From the NCBI GenBank assembly GCA_963717465.1, contig OY970340.1:2624001-2688000 (forward strand): a DNA stretch of 64,000 bases, read 5' to 3'. A model generated the notes under the pieces. The model had not been told where the DNA came from, did not search any database, and saw nothing but the letters and a program-made list of their open reading frames with translations. The translations under genes were made by a program, and so were the position numbers. The stretch comes from Candidatus Bathyarchaeota archaeon. Lineage in GTDB: Archaea; Thermoproteota; Bathyarchaeia; Bathyarchaeales; Bathycorpusculaceae. Each line of letters opens with the position of its first letter. The first letter of the stretch is position 1. Of the stretch, positions 45,760-56,503 are shown piece by piece.

Positions 45760-47440
45760 TTATTTCCAAGCCCTTTCTATATATTCTCGTAACATTCTGT
45801 TTGTATTGTAATAAGAAGCCATAGAAATAGAATATTTTTGCATTTCGATCCATTTTTCTTGGTTATTGTAAAAGGTGGGCATTACCTTTTGTTCTAATAC
45901 GTTATACAGGCCTTGGGCATCCTGAACATCAGTTTCATTTTGATAGCCGAAAGCCCATCCTATTGCGCCTTCTTTTGTTTTAAATTCTTCGTCTATCCAT
46001 CCATCCCAAGAACTAACATTTATGACGCCATTTGAAAGCGCTTTCATTCCGCTAGTTCCGGAGGCTTCATTGGGTGGTCTTGGCGTATTCAAAAGGACAT
46101 CAACACCCGCAATCAAGGTAGGGCTGATTTCCATTCCATAGTTTTCTATAAAAACGGTTGGGACCTTGTCACAGATTATTTTGCTTTCTTCATGGATCTT
46201 CTTTATCGCCTCTTTGCCAGAATCATCTCTCGGATGGGCTTTTCCAGCCATAATAATTTGCATTTTTCCTGATCCAATAAGTTTAAGCCTTTCCATATCA
46301 CTGAAAATTAATGTTGGTCTTTTGTATTCAGCCATCCTTCTAAACCAGCCTAAAGTTAGTCTGTTTCTATCCATGTCTATTGCGTATTCATCTTCTATGA
46401 AATCTAATAAAATACTCTTGTTCTCCAGGTGAGCCTTCCAAACCTCTTCATTAGGTAATATCATGGCGTCTTTTAGTTTTTCAGGGTTCTCTTCCCAACC
46501 AGGGAAGTGTCTATCAAATAATCCTTTAAAACTGCCGCTCGTCCATGTCCCAAGATGTACCGCATTCGTTATATAATCTATGTTTTTATTAGGAAACATT
46601 TCTCTGGCAGCATAAGCATTTTTCTTAGAAACGCCATTCTGATAATCGCTTAAACGCATTGCCAGTTTTGTCATGTTCAAGCAGTTTTCTTGACCACCGT
46701 ATTCTTTCACTTTGTCCAATGGGAAAGAGTTATCTAAAATACTCTCAACCATACTCATAGGAAATACTTCATGACCTGCAGGAACCAAAGTATGAGTTGT
46801 GAAGCTGAATCTTTTCTTTGTCTTGTTCTCGTCCCAATTGTTTTTATTTGCTATCTCTAATGTCGCGAGTGCCGTATGACCTTCGTTCATATGATACTTT
46901 TTTATATCGTACCCAAGCTTTTCCAAAAATTTAACTCCGCCGATTCCAAGGACTATCTCTTGTTTGAATCTGTGTTTTTCGTGTTCTTCGTATGAAGTAG
47001 ATTTGCCCATCCAATAGCATGTCTCGCTGATTATCCTATCCTCTACTTCATTCTCGTCTAGTCTCAGTGTCAAGAAAATATATTGGTACTTTAGTGCTAT
47101 TGCCATTTTTAATAATGTACTCTTCTGCTCCAACTACTACATCTCTGCCTTCAATCCTAACCTTGACCTTTTCATCCCTTTTTCTCAGGACACCAAATGG
47201 ATTGGATCTTTTTAGAATTTCTTTTTGCTGGCAATTTTCAATTTCTTGTTTAAAATACCCTTTGTGATGTCTTAATGATACACCAACTAAAGGAATATTC
47301 ATTTCAGCTGAACATTTTATTGTATCGCCCGCTAGCACTCCAAGTCCTCCACAACACGTTGGAAGTTGGGCATCTACACCAATTTCCATCGAGAGGTAAG
47401 CAATTTTTTGTCTCATTAAGTAGGCTTCTGTCTCAACCAC
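45760..47440 (-). CDS. glgP: second alpha-glucan phosphorylase (frameshift ~47065)
   Basis: GGLGVLAGD in ORF 47048-47440; NEGH and EASGTSGMK in ORF 45760-47133. Confidence 0.85.
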
Positions 47441-47611
47441 TTTTTCAGATTCCTATAACGTTTGTATTTCAGCTAACAATAAAGCTGCTAGCTGATAAAG
47501 ACTCTCTTTCATGCATGATTTTACTAGTAACATGCTCATTGATCGGCGGTTTTGCAAGCAATCTCGGGATTTTTGATCGCCTCTTTTTCTCTGTTCGGAG
47601 TGTGTTCATCG

Positions 47612-49645
47612 TTATGGGTCTTCTACAGTCGCGCATAGGACAAAAGCGGAGCGAGCGGGCAGATAGAGGCTAAGCACATTTTGAGTATTTATTTCAGTAT
47701 TGTTCACGATTGTGAAGTGTGTCTGCTGAGGTAACAATCGGCCTTGTCCCCCGTACTTTGGTGCATCACAGTCCATGATCATGCGGTATTTTCCAGGGGG
47801 AGCTTCAAACTGATAATCAGTAAAGGATTGATTGGGATTAAAATTGAAGGCAAAAATCAGATCAGCCCTTTTGAAGATGATTACTTGTTTCATGGAATCT
47901 TCATGCAGAAGCTGCGGAATGGATGTTTCAAGAAGGCGGTGCGTCTTGGCCATTGCAATCATGTCGCGGTCGAACATGGCTAGCAAATGATGCTTTAGGT
48001 GGACGCCGTCTGCGAGATGCCATTGTCGACGAGCATGCTTGAATGACCAGTTGTTTCCCTCGCGTGGAAAATCTATCCAGTCAGGGTGACCGAATTCATT
48101 GCCCATAAAGTTCAGATAACCGTGGCTAGCCGTGCCCAAGGTTATCAAACGGATCATCTTATGTAATGCAATTCCACGGGCGACATTTGAGTTGTCATCA
48201 ACGATCCTCATATAGTGGTACATGTCTTCACCGATCAGTCGGAAAATAAGTGTCTGGTCTCCCACTAACGCTTGGTCATGAGATTCGGCGTAACTAATGG
48301 TTTTCTCATCTGCCCTGCGGTTGGTGAGTTCAAACCAAAGATGACCGATGGGCCAGTCTTCATCTTTGAAATCTTTTATTAAACGGATCCAGTAATCAGG
48401 CACCCCCATTGCAAAGCGATAGTCAAAACCGAACCCGCCCTCTGATTGGGAAACGGCTAAACCTGGCATGCCGCTGACATCTTCTGCTATGGTGATGGCG
48501 TCGGGTCGGATGTCATGAATCACTCGGTTAGCAAGAGCCAAATAGGTCAAGGCATCTTCATCCACACTGCCATCGAAGTAATCATTATATGAAGTGAACT
48601 CTCGCCTAAGACCATGTTCCAGATAAAGCATACTTGTGACGCCGTCGAAGCGAAAGCCATCAAAGTGGAATTCGTCTAGCCAGTATCGGCAATTGGAAAG
48701 CAAAAAATGTAGAACCTGAGGTTTGTCATAATCGAAGCAGCGTGAATCCCATGCTTTGTGTTTTCCGCGTAGGCCACTGTGAAAATACTGAAATAGTGTC
48801 CCGTCGAAGCGACTTAATCCCTCGACCTCGTTGGACACGGAGTGGGAATGAATCAGATCCATGAAGACGGTGAGCCCTTTGGCGTGGGCCGTGTCGATCA
48901 GGAGTTTCAAATCCTCAGGCGTTCCGTACCGCGATGAAGAGGCGAAATAGCTTGATACCTGATATCCAAATGATCCGTAGTAGGGATGTTCTTGAATGGC
49001 CATCAACTGTAACGTGTTGTAACCCGCATCCACGATTCGCGGAAGCACTCCGAGAGTAAATTCACGGAAGGATCCGATTTTTTCTTCTTCCTGTGCCATA
49101 CCGATATGCGCTTCATAGACAATAGGGGGCTCTTCAGATCGTTTGAAATCGGGTTTTTTCCAACGATACGTCTCTGGTGGTGCCCATACTTGGGCGTTGA
49201 AAATCAGAGTTTTTGGATCTTGCACAACCCGTCGAGCATAGGCTGGAATGCGATCGCCTTCGCCGCCTGCCCAATGAATATGGAGCCGATACAGGTCACC
49301 ATGCTCCAGTTTGTCGCCAGGTAGGCGAATTTCCCAGACACCATAGTCGTTGATCTTTTCCATTTCAAATTCTCTGCTCACTTGCCATTTACTCATATCT
49401 CCTATCAGGTAGATCGCCGTTGCGTTTGGCGCCCATTCACGGAAAACCCATTCTCCTCGTTGGAAATGCAGACCGAAGTATTCGTGGCCGGACGCAAACT
49501 CTGCTAGGCTCTTTTTACCTTGTGTAAGGCGTTGCTCTGTTTCTTCGATGTGTTCCAATCGGCGTCGAATCTGATCCGAAAACGGCGTGAGGTACGGGTC
49601 GCTTTTTAGCAGACGAATTAATCGGCTTTCAACACCAATCATCAA
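47612..49645 (-). CDS. glgB: 1,4-alpha-glucan branching enzyme (GH13)
   Basis: REWAPNA, FDGFRFDGVTSM, AEDVSG, YAESHDQ, FMGNEFGHP. Confidence 0.93.
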   Translation of the reverse strand: MMIGVESRLIRLLKSDPYLTPFSDQIRRRLEHIEETEQRLTQGKKSLAEFASGHEYFGLHFQRGEWVFREWAPNATAIYLIGDMSKWQVSREFEMEKINDYGVWEIRLPGDKLEHGDLYRLHIHWAGGEGDRIPAYARRVVQDPKTLIFNAQVWAPPETYRWKKPDFKRSEEPPIVYEAHIGMAQEEEKIGSFREFTLGVLPRIVDAGYNTLQLMAIQEHPYYGSFGYQVSSYFASSSRYGTPEDLKLLIDTAHAKGLTVFMDLIHSHSVSNEVEGLSRFDGTLFQYFHSGLRGKHKAWDSRCFDYDKPQVLHFLLSNCRYWLDEFHFDGFRFDGVTSMLYLEHGLRREFTSYNDYFDGSVDEDALTYLALANRVIHDIRPDAITIAEDVSGMPGLAVSQSEGGFGFDYRFAMGVPDYWIRLIKDFKDEDWPIGHLWFELTNRRADEKTISYAESHDQALVGDQTLIFRLIGEDMYHYMRIVDDNSNVARGIALHKMIRLITLGTASHGYLNFMGNEFGHPDWIDFPREGNNWSFKHARRQWHLADGVHLKHHLLAMFDRDMIAMAKTHRLLETSIPQLLHEDSMKQVIIFKRADLIFAFNFNPNQSFTDYQFEAPPGKYRMIMDCDAPKYGGQGRLLPQQTHFTIVNNTEINTQNVLSLYLPARSAFVLCATVEDP

Positions 49646-49742
49646 ATATCTTATTCTGTTTTAACACACAAGTAGTTTAATTCTTTTTCCAGAAGCGCCA
49701 TTTTTTTCTTCTAGGCAATGGCAAGCCCACAATGGGAACCTG

Positions 49743-49872
49743 TTAAGGTTTTAGTTCTCTGTCTTCACTGTAACCCTCGTGGGCTTCTTCTTCGGATTCA
49801 TCTTGCTGGTCTTCTTCGCTCTCGGAGATTTCTTCGTTTGCACTTCTTTGTCTTCAGCTTCACCTTTTGGGG
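49743..49872 (-). pseudogene. 3' fragment of a paralog of 607-915
   Basis: PKGEAEDK...EEEAHEGYSEDRELKP versus PKGEAEDK...EEETHEDRDYSEDREQKP. Confidence 0.75.
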
Positions 49873-49889
49873 TTTTGCGGAGCGTGTAT

Positions 49890-50138
49890 TTATTTGATTA
49901 CTTGTGCGTTTGCTGCTTTGCTGGTAATTCTGGTTATCTTTACTTTTACGCGGTCGCCCGGTTTTGCTTCTTCAACATAAATTACGAAGCCTTGATTTCT
50001 TGCTATGCCTTCCCCTTTTGAGCTTAATTCTGTAATTTCTACTTCTAATTCTTCGCCCAGCTCGACTGGGCAACGCTTAAAACCCTTGCCATGGCCACGT
50101 TTTCCCTCGTGACTGCCACCTTGCCTTGATTTACTCAT
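49890..50138 (-). CDS. stand-alone TRAM domain RNA-binding protein
   Basis: PVELGEE.EVEI...GEGIAR..GFVIYV. Confidence 0.9.
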   Translation of the reverse strand: MSKSRQGGSHEGKRGHGKGFKRCPVELGEELEVEITELSSKGEGIARNQGFVIYVEEAKPGDRVKVKITRITSKAANAQVIK

Positions 50139-50491
50139 ATTATTCCCAATTTTATTTCGTTTTATTAAGGAAAGTAAAAGCGTTGAAACTTAAAAGTTGT
50201 TTGTTTTGCGTGTTGAGTAACAATGGCTGACATGCGTTATTCACAGGGGTGCGTGTGAGTGAGAGTTAACGTAAGAGAGAAAGCCTAAGTTTTAGGCCAA
50301 GGACAGTACACCAGATTTTCTAATTTATGTTTTCTAAATTAAAGTCTTAGAATATTATTATATTTTAATATCCTTTTAGCGGGCGCTAACTGCAAGTTGG
50401 AAGAAATGGAGCGATAAAGGTGGAGTGGGAATCGTCCATTTAGAAGGTTGGTTTGCGTGACAAAGATATTAATAGTTAGATTTGCACTGTT

Positions 50492-50869
50492 TTGTTGTGT
50501 TGTTTTAAAATGAAGCTTGAACTGAAGATTTTTGAAATAGATACTCATGCAGGAAGGCGTTTTCGTTTTGCGATTTTTGACTCAGACAAGCCTGGCGGTT
50601 ATCCGAGAAATTTTGTCTGTTTATTGCCTTCAAGAGTGTCTGAAGCGGGGGAACCAAATAATATTTTCCAAAGTATTTTTGGAAACAAAGGTGTGGAGCA
50701 GGCTAAGCGATTGTTGACTGAAGCTTTGAAGAAAGCTACGAACGTTGAAATTAAGAGTGAAGTAGAAAGAAGACTGGAGCTTCTCAACCCGAAAACAGGA
50801 ATACAAATAAAATGTGGGTCTCGTGGAGACGTTGTTGCTGTTAAACGAACAAGGAGTTATTCTAGGTAG
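50492..50869 (+). CDS. YPxNFVCxLP-family paralog, C-terminally truncated
   Basis: Lacks the last CxxC of its paralogs; stop lies in TAGCGCAC. Confidence 0.7.
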   Translation: MLCCFKMKLELKIFEIDTHAGRRFRFAIFDSDKPGGYPRNFVCLLPSRVSEAGEPNNIFQSIFGNKGVEQAKRLLTEALKKATNVEIKSEVERRLELLNPKTGIQIKCGSRGDVVAVKRTRSYSR

Positions 50870-51350
50870 CGCACATGGCTCCTAAAATAGTCGGAAGAAT
50901 GTTTTTGGTTAACTTTTTCCGTAATAACTTTTATTTTAGAAACCTGTTGATGATGCAAAAGCCAAAAACCACAAAATAGGAAAGAATTACGTGCCTCAAA
51001 AAAGAATTCAGAGGACACGAATGCACGCTAACAGTAAAATAAGCTGGGCGAATAACAAAAATTTAAAACAACAAACGTAATGTTTTAAAGCTAATTTCGC
51101 CATTTTTAGTTAGCGGTTCTTTTGATGAACGCATATGTCACTAAACAAACTCACGAGCCTAAAATAGGTAAATGTGGTGAATGCATAAAACTGGGCGATA
51201 CATCAGACAAAGAAGTAATCTTTTGCGAATCAAGCTGCAAATGGTTCTGCGCGAAACACTTAAGTGCACGCGCTGATCTGGATTTTTAGAAGCTAATTTT
51301 GATTGCCCATTTCGATTTTTGAATGAATAATAAATGAATAAAATTTTTTA

Positions 51351-51599
51351 TTAGTATTTGGTTACCTGCTTTTTTTCTGTTTCATTTTTGTCATATTTCA
51401 ACGAACCATCTTTACTTATTTCGTAAATTGCTATTGTCCCGTGAATGTTTCTCAGTCTAGCATATTCTTTTTTATTCTTTGTAAAATATTCGATATCGTT
51501 ACTTGGCAGGTCCGCATTTACCCCGAATTGTCTGCGATAGGCTGCGAATACTCTATGATCATATTCGTACATACTTTCACCTCGACATTGAAATATCAT
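51351..51599 (-). CDS. hypothetical protein (likely start ~51572)
   Basis: GAGGTGA RBS before MYEYD. Confidence 0.6.
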   Translation of the reverse strand: MIFQCRGESMYEYDHRVFAAYRRQFGVNADLPSNDIEYFTKNKKEYARLRNIHGTIAIYEISKDGSLKYDKNETEKKQVTKY

Positions 51600-52252
51600 T
51601 CAACTTGGAGCTGATTCGGGTTATGTTCAACTTGGAGCGATCCCTTTCTGCCGAGTTGCAGTTGTTTTTCTCCTCTATATGCTCTTATTCTAGCATTAGT
51701 GATTTGAACAGTGTCTCCGACAGATACAGATGCTATCTGCTCCCCCCAAAGGCTAAGCTTCACTGTTCCACTATTGTCTCCTATTAATGCATGGGCGACA
51801 ACCATGTTATTGCCGAAACGCGTATACACTGATTTTGGCTTTTGCAATTCTAAAACTTTAGCGCTAAGGCTAATCCTGTTCATTCCAACATTTAAATCGC
51901 TAACGACACAAGACTTGAAACTGTAAGCAGACCTCTTAGCCATGTACCTACGGATTCGATCACAATCCATAAACTTCCTAATCGGGTTAGCAGTCTCTAG
52001 AAGAAAGCCTTCACTGACTGCTATTTGCGCTACCACTCTTGAATTATTCATAAATAGGAATATCTTTCCATTTTTGCTCCTTCCGCGGCACTCAATTGAG
52101 AGACATTCACACATGACCTTCTCCTGTTCTTTAGTTGATGTTAAAATCTGGAACAATTTGTCAGGGTTAATACTATATTTTGTTGAGAGAACGGCGAGAT
52201 ACTCACCCTCTGGCACTCTTTTTTGCCTCAAATTCCGCTTTCCTTCTATCAT
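51596..52252 (-). CDS. OB-fold ssDNA-binding (RPA/SSB-like) protein
   Basis: IGDNSGTVKLSLW...GDTVQI.N...YRG. Confidence 0.85.
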   Translation of the reverse strand: MIEGKRNLRQKRVPEGEYLAVLSTKYSINPDKLFQILTSTKEQEKVMCECLSIECRGRSKNGKIFLFMNNSRVVAQIAVSEGFLLETANPIRKFMDCDRIRRYMAKRSAYSFKSCVVSDLNVGMNRISLSAKVLELQKPKSVYTRFGNNMVVAHALIGDNSGTVKLSLWGEQIASVSVGDTVQITNARIRAYRGEKQLQLGRKGSLQVEHNPNQLQVE

Positions 52253-52405
52253 TGCAAGAGCAATTTGGAAAACACTGACTATTAGCAGCGTTTATTTGCT
52301 TGGCTTCATTGAAGAATTCCAAGTAGTCCTAAATAAAAGGAGCCTGCTATATTAAACTAACAGGATTCCTTACCTTATTACCCATTCAATTTGGGATTTG
52401 AACAG

Positions 52406-52546
52406 TTATTTAACGCCCTTATGTCTGCCCATCTTATACTTGCCCATGCCGCAATCAAGGCATTTAACGATGTTTTCATCGGTTTCAATGTGAATGCCCC
52501 CACAATAGAAACATTTTTGCTGTAAATCACTATTTTCCTTTTTCAT
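52406..52546 (-). CDS. 46-aa Zn-ribbon micro-protein
   Basis: CFYCGG...CLDCG. Confidence 0.55.
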   Translation of the reverse strand: MKKENSDLQQKCFYCGGIHIETDENIVKCLDCGMGKYKMGRHKGVK

Positions 52547-52755
52547 AAGTTTAATGACTTCAATCAACTATTTAATGTAATTACCTAACAATGAATCTAT
52601 TTACAGAAAGCCTTTTTGATTCATGTTGCACTTAACATTAATATTTAAACTATTTCTGTTTGTTAATGACATTTTTTAGCAATCTTTTTATTGATTTTTT
52701 GCTTCTTTAAATTGCGCAAGTTTAAATTCATGCATGCTTACAAGTGAGTACTTAG

Positions 52756-53037
52756 ATGGTGGATATTTTGTCTCAAAAAACTTTTGGCAGAATAACTAAT
52801 TATAGGATTGGAATTAGGGCACAACAATCAAGAGAATGCTTAATTAAATTTGACAACATAGAATCTGCTTCTTTGGCTGGAAAGCTCGTTGGACAAAAGG
52901 TAATTTGGGTATGTGGCAAAAACAGATTTATCGGAAAAATCGTTAAACAACATGGAAGAAAAGGCACCGTTAGAGCAAAGTTTACGCATCCAGTTCCAGG
53001 TCAAGCAATAGGTACAGTTGTTGAATTAATAGGCTAA
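52756..53037 (+). CDS. rpl35ae: 50S ribosomal protein L35Ae
   Basis: NYRIG...GKI...HG.KG.VRAKF..P.PGQA.G. Confidence 0.88.
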   Translation: MVDILSQKTFGRITNYRIGIRAQQSRECLIKFDNIESASLAGKLVGQKVIWVCGKNRFIGKIVKQHGRKGTVRAKFTHPVPGQAIGTVVELIG

Positions 53038-53057
53038 TGTTCATAACTTGTTTCCAA

Positions 53058-53283
53058 TTATATCTTCGCCAAATACCATGCTTGCTTTTCACCATTTAGG
53101 TGGGTCGTGGCATCTGTTTTAATTCGCAGATCCATTTTTTTGGGGTTTCTGTTTTTTTTGGTTCTATGTTTATCTAAACATTCTTTACAATAAAACTGGT
53201 TTGCCCGCTGTGAGCTTAAAGGGGGACAATGGCAATTTTGCCACAATCATGCATTTTATTTCGGTTGAATTTTGTTGAGACAT
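53058..53283 (-). pseudogene. CxxC-x17-CxxC protein, frameshifted
   Basis: C..CGKIAIVPFK..AGKPV.CKEC across frames. Confidence 0.6.
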
Positions 53284-53413
53284 TTAATTTTTTATTCTTG
53301 TTAATTTTTGGCTATGAAAGAAATAGCTTATTATTAGCTTAGAGTATATAGCTTTCAATTAACTTGGACTTTTGCATAATTAAATGAAAGCAAAGCCCTG
53401 CAATTTTAAATAA

Positions 53414-53959
53414 TTATGGTTTGTTTAGAGCTAAAGCCAAAATGAGATCATTTTTTAATAAGCCAACTAATCCCTGTTCGAAATGATTTTTCGCGTCTGA
53501 GGCAGCTGTCATTGTTTTGCAAAAGCCCTTCTTATTCTTTTCAGAACAATCAGGCGCATCCGGAGAAGTCTTTCCGCACTTTTTTTGGCATTGACTGTTT
53601 GCACAATCAATTATAGCTGAGTATAATTTTCCAATTTCAAACGGGGGCATATAAATGTCGGAAACATGCAGAATATTTTGTTTAACCATTTCGTTAATAG
53701 CGCCATCAGTAAACTTTTTGCTTATCAAAAACCCAAAATCATAACTATCCCGCTTAATCAATTCTTCCATATCCTTGACATCATTGGCGACAACGTATTC
53801 ACTATCTAAAGAATCCATTACTCGTAAAAGCACTTTTTTATTCAAACAATCTATTACAGAAATATCAGTGGAATATGCACTTTTTTCCTTTTTCGTAATT
53901 TTGTATCCATTTATTGCAATAATTAAATTTGTTTTGTTTTCTAAACCCAAAGTTTTCAC
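53414..53959 (-). CDS. restriction-endonuclease-fold-like protein with Cys-rich tail
   Basis: GFLISKKFT..A resembles an Mrr-like fold; GAGGTGA RBS. Confidence 0.55.
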   Translation of the reverse strand: MKTLGLENKTNLIIAINGYKITKKEKSAYSTDISVIDCLNKKVLLRVMDSLDSEYVVANDVKDMEELIKRDSYDFGFLISKKFTDGAINEMVKQNILHVSDIYMPPFEIGKLYSAIIDCANSQCQKKCGKTSPDAPDCSEKNKKGFCKTMTAASDAKNHFEQGLVGLLKNDLILALALNKP

Positions 53960-53974
53960 CTCTTTATTTAATTA

Positions 53975-54145
53975 TTATAATTCGCCAAGGTCATTTTCTT
54001 CAAAGACATAATCGTTTAAACGCAACTTTCCATGTTCCACTATTGCTTTGTATTGTGCTTCACAAACCGGGCAGGTTACCACTTGGTCATGTATCACGCC
54101 ATCTTTTACGAAGGTATTTCCACACTGGCCACATTTCAGAATAAT
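53975..54145 (-). CDS. LysW-like Zn-ribbon micro-protein
   Basis: CGQC...VTCPVC...EENDLGEL; GAGGAGG RBS, non-canonical start. Confidence 0.6.
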   Translation of the reverse strand: MILKCGQCGNTFVKDGVIHDQVVTCPVCEAQYKAIVEHGKLRLNDYVFEENDLGEL

Positions 54146-54159
54146 CTTCTTGGCCTCCT

Positions 54160-54465
54160 CTACATTATAAGGTAATTATGGCTTCTAAGCCAATCTGACT
54201 GGTTCTTTCTGTAACGCCAGAAAATGTCTCCTCTAGTTTCAGCCTGGAAATCCCACGGAGAAACTAAAACAATATCGCCCTCTCTAATCCAAACGCGCCT
54301 CTTTAATTTGCCTCTAACTCTGCATAATCTTTCTTTGCCATCCTGACACTTCACTAAAATCCTATCGGCGCCAAGCATTTTAGTTGCTATTCCTAGTATA
54401 TCATGTTGGGAAGGAAGAATCATATCATCCAAGTTGCCCTCATTTGTTACTTTTCTTTTACCCAT
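54160..54465 (-). CDS. eif1a: translation initiation factor aIF-1A
   Basis: MLG...C.DG.ERLCR.RGKLKRRVWIREGD.V.V.PW. Confidence 0.95.
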   Translation of the reverse strand: MGKRKVTNEGNLDDMILPSQHDILGIATKMLGADRILVKCQDGKERLCRVRGKLKRRVWIREGDIVLVSPWDFQAETRGDIFWRYRKNQSDWLRSHNYLIM

Positions 54466-54824
54466 TCTTTAAAACCACGTGCTATAGCTGATGCTATCAG
54501 AATAATCTAAAGAAAAAGCGAACGAATATCGCGTTGACTCTTCCTCTAAAGAACCCTAATGTCATTAAATAATGTTCTGCGAACTATATTAGTGTATATG
54601 CCAAAAAAGAACCGTTTTTGGCTTAAAATCTCGAAAATGAGTAATTATGCTTCTTTTTTGTAACTAAAGAAAGAATTCATCTTTATTTGGCAAAATAGCT
54701 TTTAAATACTTATTAGATAGGTTAACACCATTTAATATGAAGAGTTTCTCTTATCCTCTTGGATTTAGCTAATTGAATAATTGATTCTTTTCTTAAAACT
54801 AAGAATTTAGAGGAGGTAAAAGAT

Positions 54825-54965
54825 ATGTGTAAACTAAGAGCAGGTTTAGTTAAAAATTGCCGTAAATGTAAGTCATCGGTTCGACTTAATTGCACTTACA
54901 GAAAGAAAAGCGGTAAGAAGAGCTATGTTGATACTAGTAGAAAGAAAGAGTCTAAGTCACCATAG
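54825..54965 (+). CDS. 46-aa basic Cys-containing micro-protein
   Basis: GAGGAGGT RBS; four Cys; T-tract downstream. Confidence 0.6.
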   Translation: MCKLRAGLVKNCRKCKSSVRLNCTYRKKSGKKSYVDTSRKKESKSP

Positions 54966-55129
54966 CATTAACTTTTTTTAATTGTTGTGCCATTTTGAGC
55001 AGACCTAGCCAAAAACGTTTTGAAAGGATAGAATGCAAAAGTTGTATGTACAAAGAGACCCCTTACTGCTGGAACCAATGCCCTTTTAATCTATGGAAAG
55101 CGCAATAGAATTTTTCCTCAGTCTATTTT

Positions 55130-55561
55130 TCAAGCTAATTTATTATTCAATACGTGTCCAAATTTTTTTGCATAACATTCGCTGCAAAAATATCTTTTGT
55201 GCTTCCTCATTTTGGCTGGTCGGAAGATTTTTTTACATTCATAACACTCAACGCTTCCTGCTTGTTTAGGGTCAAGAATCTTGAGCCTTCGCTCAATTTC
55301 GGTTTTAACTTCAGCATCCCTTTCGATTTTAAGTGCTTTATTCAACAATTCTATTGCACAGCCTAAGCTTTTGTCTCCAAAAATCTTCCCAAACGAATTT
55401 GCGCTTTTTCCCTTAACCAAATCAACTTTGGCAGGCAGTATGCAAACGAAATTCGAGGGGTAACTTGTAGACTTGTTATTATCTAAAACGGCAAAGCGAT
55501 AAATCGTAGGCTGGTGACGTTCTGTCGCTTCTCGCTTGAAGACTTTCACTGAATACTCCAT
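55130..55561 (-). CDS. YPxNFVCxLP-family protein with Zn ribbon (intact copy)
   Basis: Paralog of 19411-19837 and 50492-50869. Confidence 0.8.
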   Translation of the reverse strand: MEYSVKVFKREATERHQPTIYRFAVLDNNKSTSYPSNFVCILPAKVDLVKGKSANSFGKIFGDKSLGCAIELLNKALKIERDAEVKTEIERRLKILDPKQAGSVECYECKKIFRPAKMRKHKRYFCSECYAKKFGHVLNNKLA

Positions 55562-55964
55562 TTTATTACCACATAAAGAGGTTTAGAAATATAGAATCAA
55601 CCTAATATCTATATGCTAGAACTTTCTTTTTAAAGCAACTCTTTTGACTTAAAATTAGATAGCTCGCAGGTTAGCAATAGAGTGTATCGTTGCCTTTTAG
55701 AAGTCAGACTGATTCATGCCTAACCGCTAAGGTTGAATTGAAAAATTAAAACTTAGTTTAACTATTTACTAATATTTAACATTTCAGATTCAATTAAAAA
55801 CATGATCTCTTATTTTCAAAATTATATTTTAAAAAACTAAATTTATATTTTTTACTGGATTCAATTTTTTTGCTTTGCTTTTTATAGTTGATTCACATTA
55901 ATATCTCATAGTATTAGGCAAATAGTATTAGGCAAATTTTATCTTTATGAGGGGGTGAAGAAAT

Positions 55965-56069
55965 TTGGCAAATACAAGATGCGAACATTGTGGTGACTCA
56001 TATAACACTGAGGAAGAATTAAAAGATCACATTTTCAGGAAGCATAGTCTAAATGTAGCAAAAGCTTAA
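55965..56069 (+). CDS. 34-aa C2H2 zinc-finger micro-protein
   Basis: CEHCG..Y....EL..HI..KH; GAGGGGGTGA RBS. Confidence 0.7.
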   Translation: MANTRCEHCGDSYNTEEELKDHIFRKHSLNVAKA

Positions 56070-56503
56070 TTCCACGGAAATAAATGTACTATTATTGTTG
56101 GTTGTTAATCAAGCAATTTAACATTAAGAACTCATGCAGAATCTTCTTTTCTCTGCGTATCAAACGCCTTAATTTTAATCAAACATTATGCAATCAGATT
56201 AGATAAGGGCAAAATAAAATGCTATTCCTTCCAATTATTCAATTGCGCCATCAGCTTTTTTTGCAGATTAATGGTCTTAGTAACAATACTCTTGAAATAG
56301 AACTTGATTATTCAATTGGCAAATTGAAAATAATGATATATTTAAAAACAAGCGGCGCATACGCCATTGCGCTTACCCGTTATGAGCTTTTATAGTAATT
56401 TATTAGGATTTTGTTCTTTTATCCCTTCCACGCTTTCTGTTTTAATCAAATAAAAAAAGAAAAAAAGAATACATTAAACTTGTAAAAGTGTTAACTTATT
56501 AGT

